Assembly: GCF_041740695.1 (NCBI RefSeq)
Contig: NZ_JBGSLK010000006.1
Span: 23,639-87,638, forward strand
Reading direction: 5' to 3'
DNA from: Haliscomenobacter sp.
GTDB lineage: Bacteria > Bacteroidota > Bacteroidia > Chitinophagales > Saprospiraceae
DNA length: 64,000 bases
Shown here: in pieces, positions 10,275 through 17,070 of the stretch
Layout: every line of letters starts with the position of its first letter
How positions within the stretch are numbered: the stretch's first letter is position 1
The notes under the pieces: model-generated
The model's input: the letters and a program-made list of their open reading frames with translations, nothing else
The model's database searches: none
Told to the model about the DNA's origin: nothing
Made by a program: the position numbers and the translations under genes

Positions 10275-10394
10275 GCTGAGGTGCCTCTTCGGTGCCTTTG
10301 GTTTCTTAGGTGGTAAAAATAAGTCCCTTCTACGAAGGAACGTTTCTCTTTTTCACCACCTAAGAAACCAAAGGCACCGAAGAGGCACCTCAGC
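10275..10394. repeat. 40-bp perfect inverted repeat with a 40-nt spacer, in a convergent intergenic region
   Basis: The left arm is GCTGAGGTGCCTCTTCGGTGCCTTTGGTTTCTTAGGTGGT (10275-10314). Its exact reverse complement lies at 10355-10394. The spacer holds a smaller hairpin (CCTTCtacGAAGG). Confidence 0.85.
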
Positions 10395-10402
10395 TTAAAA
10401 CT

Positions 10403-11446
10403 TTACGGTGCCGGATCCGGTATGGCCGCATGCACCGCTTCAATCTCACTCAACACCTCCGCTGACAAATTCACCTCAATACTGTCAATGTTTTCCTTCA
10501 ACTGCTCCATAGTCGTTGCCCCAATGATGTTGCTGGTCAAAAAAGGGCGACTGTTGACAAAACCCAGCGCCAACTGTGTCAAACTGAGCCCATGTTTTTC
10601 AGCAATCTGCAAATACTTTTCCACGGCCTCCAAACACTGCGGGCTATTGTAGCGGGTATATTGCTTGAAGAGATTGATTCGCGCCTTGCTCAAATCCTCA
10701 CCGGGCCGATTGAACTTGCCCGACAAACGGCCAAAACCCAGGGGCGAATAAGCCAATAAGCCCACTTTTTCTCGAATCGCCATTTCGGCCAAACCGACTT
10801 CAAACAAACGGTTCAGCAAATTGTAAGGGTTTTGAATGCTCACAACCCGTGGTAAATCGTGCCGCTCTGATTCCTGCAAAAAGCGCATCAGCCCCCAGGG
10901 TACTTCGTTGGAAAGCCCGATGTGGCGAATTTTCCCCGCTTTGACCAGTTCGTTCAAGGCATGTAATACTTCGTTGAAATTGTCAACCCAGGGATCCTGG
11001 GGGTCGTAAACAAAGCCCCGTTTGCCAAACATGTTCATTTTGCGCTCCGGCCAGTGCAGTTGGTAGAGGTCGATGTAATCGGTTTGTAGGCGCTGCAAAC
11101 TGCCCTCCAAAGCGGCATTGATTTGTGCTGCCGAAAAGTTAAAGGGGCCGCGGTCCAACTGATATAGGCTAAATGGGCCCGTCACTTTAGAAGCAAGGAT
11201 AATTTTATCCCGATTGCCCGTTTTTTTGAACCAGCTACCAATGATACGTTCGGTGCTGCCCTGGGTTTCCTTGCGGGCAGGAACGGAATACATTTCGGCA
11301 GTATCAAAAAAATTGATGCCACGTTCCAGGGCATAATCCATTTGGGCATGGCCTTCGGCTTCGGTGTTTTGTTCTCCAAATGTCATGGTGCCCAGGCAGA
11401 TGGCACTTACCTGGAGTTCAGTTTTTCCCAGTTGTCGGTATTGCAT
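10403..11446 (-). CDS. aldo/keto reductase (Tas/YajO-like NADP-dependent oxidoreductase)
   Basis: 'LGKTELQVSAICLGTMTFG', 'INFFDTAEMYS' and 'GLSNE' are canonical AKR motifs. The protein is 347 aa. Confidence 0.85.
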   Translation of the reverse strand: MQYRQLGKTELQVSAICLGTMTFGEQNTEAEGHAQMDYALERGINFFDTAEMYSVPARKETQGSTERIIGSWFKKTGNRDKIILASKVTGPFSLYQLDRGPFNFSAAQINAALEGSLQRLQTDYIDLYQLHWPERKMNMFGKRGFVYDPQDPWVDNFNEVLHALNELVKAGKIRHIGLSNEVPWGLMRFLQESERHDLPRVVSIQNPYNLLNRLFEVGLAEMAIREKVGLLAYSPLGFGRLSGKFNRPGEDLSKARINLFKQYTRYNSPQCLEAVEKYLQIAEKHGLSLTQLALGFVNSRPFLTSNIIGATTMEQLKENIDSIEVNLSAEVLSEIEAVHAAIPDPAP

Positions 11447-11595
11447 AATTAGGTGTTGTGAATGGTTTTGGCGTAAATTTAGGCTTGAAAAGCCCTATTC
11501 AAACGCGGTGATAAGAAAAAAGGATTAACTTAGAACATCTTTTTTCGTAAAGACACCTATTAAAGCGTCCGATTCACTGACCAACACCTAAACCT

Positions 11596-12363
11596 ATGTC
11601 CAACCAATTGAGCTGCGTTACCTGCGGGCAACTCATTCTTGCCGAGAATGTCAATTTGCAAAACATGGTGGCCAAATGCCGCAATTGCAATGCTGTTTTT
11701 TCTTTTGTGCCAGCGAATGCAGATTCCTCTAAATCAAGTATATTAGAGACCGTTCAGGCATTAATGAAGGAAGCCAATCGAGGGGAAGGTGGTACCTTAC
11801 AAAGGCCCAGTGATGGCCGAAAAATAGAAATGCCCAGAGGAGTGATCACCGAACGCGATTTTGGCGAGTTGCGCTTCATCATTCCCTGGCGTAATACCCG
11901 GCGTTGGGGTTTCTTTTTGTTATTTACTATTGTGTGGAATGCCATCCTAACGCCCTTTGTTGTGGTAGGCGTCGCTACTGGTGAATGGATTATTTTATTG
12001 GTTACTAGCCTTCACCTCATTGTAGGAGTTTCTTTTTTATTGTACACACTCGGTTTGTTGTTCAACAAAACCAGTATCGTGGTCACCAGCCAAGGGGTTG
12101 ACATCAAAAATGGCCCAATTCCCATTCCTTTTAACCCCAATCGCTTCATGGCAGTAAGGGATATTGAGCAGTTGTTTGTCGAGGAATATGTACCTAGTAA
12201 AACAAATGGTCAACCCGATTACACCTATGCCGTCACGGCTCTAACCACCAGTGCGGAGCGTCAACGTTTGGTTGGCGGCTTTTCTCAGTCAGGGCATGCA
12301 TTGTATCTGGAACAGGAGATTGAGACTTTTTTAGGCATCGAAAATCGAGCTGTACCCCATTAA
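11596..12363 (+). CDS. hypothetical membrane protein with an N-terminal Cys4 zinc-ribbon
   Basis: It has CxxC...CxxC at the N-terminus and two predicted TM helices. Confidence 0.5.
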   Translation: MSNQLSCVTCGQLILAENVNLQNMVAKCRNCNAVFSFVPANADSSKSSILETVQALMKEANRGEGGTLQRPSDGRKIEMPRGVITERDFGELRFIIPWRNTRRWGFFLLFTIVWNAILTPFVVVGVATGEWIILLVTSLHLIVGVSFLLYTLGLLFNKTSIVVTSQGVDIKNGPIPIPFNPNRFMAVRDIEQLFVEEYVPSKTNGQPDYTYAVTALTTSAERQRLVGGFSQSGHALYLEQEIETFLGIENRAVPH

Positions 12364-12372
12364 TTCAAATTT

Positions 12373-12912
12373 ATGCCTGCTAACATACATCAACAAGTGC
12401 TGGATCTACCCGTGCCTGAAGACCTGGAAATCAAGCGGACTGAAGATTCTTTGGAATTCACTTTGCCATTTACCAATGAATCAAAGTTTTGGATTTGGTT
12501 TGCTGCACTTTTTTGGGCAGGAGGAGTATTGATAATCTATATTTTTGCAATTGCCGAGCAGGAAGAGTACGTATTTATTGGTGGATTCTTTCATTTGTTA
12601 ATTGGTGTTTTTTTAGTTATAAAGGCCTTGGCCTCATCTTACAATACGGTTAAAATCACGGTTACTCGAACAACAATTGAGAAGCACGAAGGTCCAGTAT
12701 TTGTCCCTTTTCGCCGCATGCACTATTCCAAAAGCTGGGCAGACGTGAAAAAAATTTACGTGGATACCATTATTGTTGATAGATACACCTACGACCGGCT
12801 GAATTTGAAGACACATTACGAAACGGATCGCATGTTGGTAATGTGGAGTTATGGGGGTTACCTCAAAGTAGTCATGAGGGAAATCAAAAGTTTCCTCTCT
12901 GAAATTGAATAA
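12373..12912 (+). CDS. hypothetical membrane protein
   Basis: It starts 10 nt after the previous gene and has two hydrophobic helices. It is a likely operon partner of 11596-12363. Confidence 0.5.
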   Translation: MPANIHQQVLDLPVPEDLEIKRTEDSLEFTLPFTNESKFWIWFAALFWAGGVLIIYIFAIAEQEEYVFIGGFFHLLIGVFLVIKALASSYNTVKITVTRTTIEKHEGPVFVPFRRMHYSKSWADVKKIYVDTIIVDRYTYDRLNLKTHYETDRMLVMWSYGGYLKVVMREIKSFLSEIE

Positions 12913-13030
12913 ACCTTTAGTCGATATCCAAGAGGGAATTGTCGAAGCAATTGTTGGAATCCCCTTGCTTTTCCATTATATTTAGCCTGTCTTTCCCAAA
13001 AATTTAACCAACTCAAAAATCCAAATTGCT

Positions 13031-14056
13031 ATGGGATTTTTTAATGAAATCAAAAAAGTGTTGTTTGGCGCACAGTCTTTAGGTAAATCGGCTGCCAATA
13101 AGGCCGTTGAAACCGCTAAAGAAGCTGGACAAGAAATAAAAGAGCGTTCGGGGGAATTCGTCCATAAAGCAGAAGATTTCTTCAGCGATGCACTGGATAA
13201 AGTAGAAGACCTGGGGGCTAAAGTGATCGACAAGGCCCAGGACGTGATGGGCACCAAAAAGGAACCGGAAACGCCACCGGTAGCTTCCACTCCGCCGCCA
13301 ACTTCCTCTCCAATGGAAAGCGTCAATGACCTTTTTGAAGAAACCCAAAAACAAACGACGCCACCACCACCGCCACCTCCCGTGACCAATCCGATTGTGG
13401 AAGATCGCCCACTCAATTTCGATACCTTGGACAGCGCAGATTCAAGCATTCCTCGGGAAAAAACAACGGCTGAAAAAATTGGTGCCAAAGTACTGGATAC
13501 CACCATTGAAGCTGGTAAAAAAGTAGAAGAAGTGGCTGCCAAAGCAGGTGAAAAACTGCTAGACGTGGGCAGTTCCGTTTTTGAAACGATGAAAGGAGTA
13601 GCTGGAACAGTAGGAGAGAAGGTGATGGAAAAGGGCGGTGAAGTGTGGGAAAAGGTGAAAGAAATGCAAGGCGAGGTTATCACTAGAACCGATGAACTTT
13701 ACGAAAAAGCCAAAAAAGAAGCCTCCTCGGAAAAAAACCAAAACTCCATGGACGACCTCATCCAAAAGGCCAAAGAAATGGGCGATAAAATTGAGGAGAA
13801 GGCCCAAGACAAAGACCGCACCTTCATGGATGTGATGGACGATGCCAAAAAGAACGACCTCGGCAAACACGATGACTTCTTTGACAAAGCCAAGCGTTGG
13901 GCCGATGGCGACAGTGGGGCGTTCTCAAGCGAAACCAAGATCAGCAAAGACCCAGATTTTCAATCTACCAAAGGGAACAAAACCCACGGATTCGAAGATG
14001 GCGACAAAGATGGCAATGATCTGATTGATGATGCCATTATTGATGACGCAAAATGA
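13031..14056 (+). CDS. hypothetical charged, low-complexity protein (K/E/D-rich, Pro-rich linker)
   Basis: The ORF is long and uninterrupted with repeated 'KAKE.G.K' type segments. I assign no family. Confidence 0.5.
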   Translation: MGFFNEIKKVLFGAQSLGKSAANKAVETAKEAGQEIKERSGEFVHKAEDFFSDALDKVEDLGAKVIDKAQDVMGTKKEPETPPVASTPPPTSSPMESVNDLFEETQKQTTPPPPPPPVTNPIVEDRPLNFDTLDSADSSIPREKTTAEKIGAKVLDTTIEAGKKVEEVAAKAGEKLLDVGSSVFETMKGVAGTVGEKVMEKGGEVWEKVKEMQGEVITRTDELYEKAKKEASSEKNQNSMDDLIQKAKEMGDKIEEKAQDKDRTFMDVMDDAKKNDLGKHDDFFDKAKRWADGDSGAFSSETKISKDPDFQSTKGNKTHGFEDGDKDGNDLIDDAIIDDAK

Positions 14057-14060
14057 TGTG

Positions 14061-14148
14061 TAGGGGCGCCCCTATGTGGGTGCCCATATTTGCGCCCCCA
14101 TGTGGGTGCCCATTCGCCGTATCAAGGGCGCCCACATAGGGGCGCCCC
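14061..14148. repeat. GC-rich palindromic repeat cluster (GGGGCGCCCC + ATGTGGGTGCCCAT units)
   Basis: GGGGCGCCCCTATGTGGGTGCCC (14063-14085) is repeated as a near-perfect reverse complement at 14125-14147. Between them is a direct repeat of (T/C)ATGTGGGTGCCCAT. Confidence 0.7.
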
Positions 14149-14160
14149 AACAAACAACCC

Positions 14161-14709
14161 ATGCCTTCCAACCCACTTTCCTGGCAACTCCAACACTCCG
14201 AGCCAGGCCCCGATCTAAAACTCTTCCAGGCGCGTTTCGACCACCTGACCAACCCGCGCAATGGCATCACCCAACGGATGATCATCCTCAACTCGCCGGA
14301 TGCTGCGAATGTGGTTGCTATCACGCCCAATCAAGAGCTGATTCTGGCCCGTCAATACCGGGTGGGCATCGGTTTTGAAACCCTGGAACTACCGGGAGGA
14401 ATAGTCGACCCTGGTGAAGAACACCATTTTGCTGCTCAGCGCGAACTGCGCGAGGAAACGGGTTATGCCAGCCAAAATTGGACCTTTTTGGGCAGTATTC
14501 CTTCCAATCCCGTCTTTATGGATTCCTACATCCACCACTGGTTGGCCACCGATTGTGAACCCAATCATGCCATCGATTTGGATACCGGTGAGGCAGTCGA
14601 TCTTGAATTGATGCCCCTTGAAGAAGCCTTTCAGTGCTGGAAATCAGGCTTTTTTCAACATCCTCACACCGTTAACGGACTATTGTTGTATTTTCGCGAC
14701 AGGTTTTAG
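14161..14709 (+). CDS. NUDIX hydrolase (ADP-ribose pyrophosphatase-like)
   Basis: The Nudix box is 'GGIVDPGEEHHFAAQRELREETG'. Confidence 0.85.
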   Translation: MPSNPLSWQLQHSEPGPDLKLFQARFDHLTNPRNGITQRMIILNSPDAANVVAITPNQELILARQYRVGIGFETLELPGGIVDPGEEHHFAAQRELREETGYASQNWTFLGSIPSNPVFMDSYIHHWLATDCEPNHAIDLDTGEAVDLELMPLEEAFQCWKSGFFQHPHTVNGLLLYFRDRF

Positions 14710-14720
14710 TAGTTCAGAGA

Positions 14721-14876
14721 GCTTGTTTAAGTTTTTGGGATCGGGCTGCAAACGGCCCATTTTTGACCAAATTTCGTTCCGAAAATGCTCATTTAGCGCT
14801 GCTAAACTCCGCTTTTCGTGCCTCATTTGGTCAAAAATGGCCTCGTTTTCGCCTTCACCCCAAAAACTTAAACAAG
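14721..14876. mobile_element. MITE-like element with 19-bp terminal inverted repeats (GCTTGTTTAAGTTTTTGGG ... CCCAAAAACTTAAACAAG) and a nested inner inverted repeat
   Basis: I read the terminal inverted repeats directly. The inner inverted repeat is CCATTTTTGACCAAAT ... ATTTGGTCAAAAATGG. The same CTTGTTTAAGTTTTT termini recur at 26574-26629. Confidence 0.5.
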
Positions 14877-14933
14877 TTCTAAGGCAGCGAATTAGACCAT
14901 TGTCGGCTCTATTCAATAAGACCTGTTAAACTT

Positions 14934-15467
14934 GTGACGGAAAAAGAAATCATCGAAGGTTGTTTGCGGCAAAAACGAGAATGCCAACAGGAACTTTTCA
15001 AGCGTTACGCTGGAAAGATGTTGTCGGTATGTATGCGGTATGCCCGCCATCACATGGAAGCGGAAGATGTTCTTCAAGACGCTTTCATCAAAATCTTCGA
15101 TCATTTGCATCAGTTTCAGAACAAAGGCTCCTTTGAGGGCTGGATCCGCCGTGTGGTGGTGAACACTGCACTGAAAACCTTTGACCGCAAAAGTTTTACA
15201 CATGAGCAATACGGCCTGGAAATAAGGGAGGATTTTTCCGCCGCCGAACCCAGTGTTTTTTCCCAGCTCAGTGAAGCAGAACTCTTGGGGCTGATTGCCC
15301 GCCTACCCGAAGGCTACCGCATCGTGTTCAACCTGTACGCCATTGAAGGCTACAGTCACGCCGAGATTGCGGACACCTTGGGCGTTCAAGAGAGTACTTC
15401 CCGGTCACAATTGGTGAAAGCCCGCAAGATGCTGCAGGCAATGGTCATGAATTTAGAGCATGTTTAA
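14934..15467 (+). CDS. RNA polymerase ECF-type sigma-70 factor
   Basis: The region 2 / region 4 architecture is present ('DVLQDAFIKIF', 'GYSHAEIADTLGVQESTSRSQLVKARKML'). It is 177 aa with a GTG start. Confidence 0.85.
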   Translation: MTEKEIIEGCLRQKRECQQELFKRYAGKMLSVCMRYARHHMEAEDVLQDAFIKIFDHLHQFQNKGSFEGWIRRVVVNTALKTFDRKSFTHEQYGLEIREDFSAAEPSVFSQLSEAELLGLIARLPEGYRIVFNLYAIEGYSHAEIADTLGVQESTSRSQLVKARKMLQAMVMNLEHV

Positions 15468-15501
15468 TCAAGGTTAAACTGCTCCTACAAAAAGTTACGG
15501 T

Positions 15502-16875
15502 ATGAGTGAGCACAATCCATTGGATGATCTTTTTCGGGACAAGTTGTACCACCACAGCATGGAAACCCCTATGCACTTGTGGGCCGCACTGGACGCCCGG
15601 AAAACCGCTCAAGATAAAGAAGCCCAACGTCGCCGCCTGGCCTGGTTTCTGACTGCGGCTATCCTATTGCTTAGTTTGACTGGGGCCATCTGGATGTGGG
15701 CGGAGCAAATGAACAATCAACCAGAACAGGTCAAACCGCTTAAACAGGCTCAGTCGGATACGCCGATTGTGGCTATAGATCCTGCGGCGAAAGCTGAACC
15801 AGGGCTACTCCAATCTGCCTCAAATAGTGAGGAACAAAGGATGGAAGAAAAATTCCAGGAACAAAGTTTTGGCAATTATAAAACTGCGGTATTGATGCCC
15901 AATCTGGACAGCCGGGCCGCCGCGCAACTCAACAAGGCATCCAAAGGAAACGAGCAGGCTGCTGCAAGTGCTAGTCCTCCAAATCGGCTTTTGGATGGGA
16001 CAGTTCAGGAAGAAACGCCACTTAATACTTCGGCTGCGCAAAATTTGAATACCGCTGCTTCTGCTCAACTACCTGGGGAAGCAGAAGCAATAAATACAAC
16101 TTCATTAGCAACGGAAGAATCGGGGAAAATAGAAAACTTCAATCTTCTGGATTTACGCAATTCCAATTTGGACTACCAGACCGAACTTGGCCTGGATGGT
16201 ACCAAACCATTGTACCTACCCAGAACCCGCGGCTGGCGGGTGTACGGCGAGTTAATGGCGGGTATGGATGTGCCTACCCGTAGTTTGCAGGCTCGTGAAC
16301 CGGAATTTGAACTGTACCGCCAAGCGCGGGAACAAAGTGAAGCGGTGCAAAATGGCTACCGAGCCGCGCTGCGTTTTTCGATGATTTCCATTGATGGCAT
16401 CGCGGTGCGCAGTGGCTTGAGCTACAACAACCACCGCGAAACGTTTACTTACCAACAGCAAGCACAACAGAATAGCTTTCAAACCATTGATATCCCCGTT
16501 GTGGTAGGTTACGAGCGCAACAACTTGGGCAAGTTTACCCTTTCGGCCAATGCTGGGGTGTATCTGAACATGACCTTCAATCAAAAGGGCAATTTTTTGT
16601 CGCCCGACTTAAATAGAGTACTGGATTTTTCCAGCAAAACGCCGGATGCTTATCCGGCTTTCCGCAATAGTTTAGGCCTAGCTTTTTACGGAAGTATCGC
16701 CGCGAGTTACCCCATCACCCCACGCTTGCGGCTGGTGCTGGAGCCTTATGTATTGCGCCATTCCGGTTCGTTTACGGCTAATGATTACGCCATTGATCAG
16801 CGTTACCAAAACTGGGGCATCCAGCTTGGCCTGCGCAAAAAGATCAACAAGTACATTTATTTTGCTAAACCTTAA
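15502..16875 (+). CDS. putative anti-sigma factor-like membrane protein with a C-terminal outer-membrane beta-barrel-like domain
   Basis: It lies immediately downstream of the ECF sigma gene. It has a short cytoplasmic N-terminus, one TM ('LAWFLTAAILLLSLTGAIWMW'), a low-complexity linker, and a C-terminal region with alternating hydrophobic residues ending in an aromatic. Confidence 0.55.
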   Translation: MSEHNPLDDLFRDKLYHHSMETPMHLWAALDARKTAQDKEAQRRRLAWFLTAAILLLSLTGAIWMWAEQMNNQPEQVKPLKQAQSDTPIVAIDPAAKAEPGLLQSASNSEEQRMEEKFQEQSFGNYKTAVLMPNLDSRAAAQLNKASKGNEQAAASASPPNRLLDGTVQEETPLNTSAAQNLNTAASAQLPGEAEAINTTSLATEESGKIENFNLLDLRNSNLDYQTELGLDGTKPLYLPRTRGWRVYGELMAGMDVPTRSLQAREPEFELYRQAREQSEAVQNGYRAALRFSMISIDGIAVRSGLSYNNHRETFTYQQQAQQNSFQTIDIPVVVGYERNNLGKFTLSANAGVYLNMTFNQKGNFLSPDLNRVLDFSSKTPDAYPAFRNSLGLAFYGSIAASYPITPRLRLVLEPYVLRHSGSFTANDYAIDQRYQNWGIQLGLRKKINKYIYFAKP

Positions 16876-17022
16876 AAAATAATGGATCGGCGGGCAGCAC
16901 ATTTTAAGTATGCCGGGTCTTACTTTTGAAATGACCAGAAACCCACGATTCTTCGTGGTCTCACGAACCTGCTCGTGAGTTTGTATTGATCTGACACCGA
17001 GATTTTTCTTCAACATGCAGCG

Positions 17023-17061
17023 GGCCGCCGATCTAGGGAACTGGATCGGCGGCCTTTTTTT
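17023..17061 (+). terminator. intrinsic terminator (GGCCGCCGATC-loop-GATCGGCGGCC followed by T7)
   Basis: I read it directly. It closes a structured stretch of about 185 nt after the stop at 16875. Confidence 0.6.
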
Positions 17062-17070
17062 ATTGCAAAA

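Noticed and set aside
12982-13683. 233-aa minus-strand ORF
   Set aside because: It is antisense to the charged low-complexity gene 13031-14056. Its Ser/Thr/Gly-rich translation mirrors the sense-strand K/E repeats, and it has no start context.
14037-14378. Overlapping ORFs of 97 aa (-) and 100 aa (+) across the GC-rich palindrome cluster
   Set aside because: Their sequences (GAHIGAPMW...) are translations of the palindromic repeat. They overlap the start of the genuine NUDIX gene.
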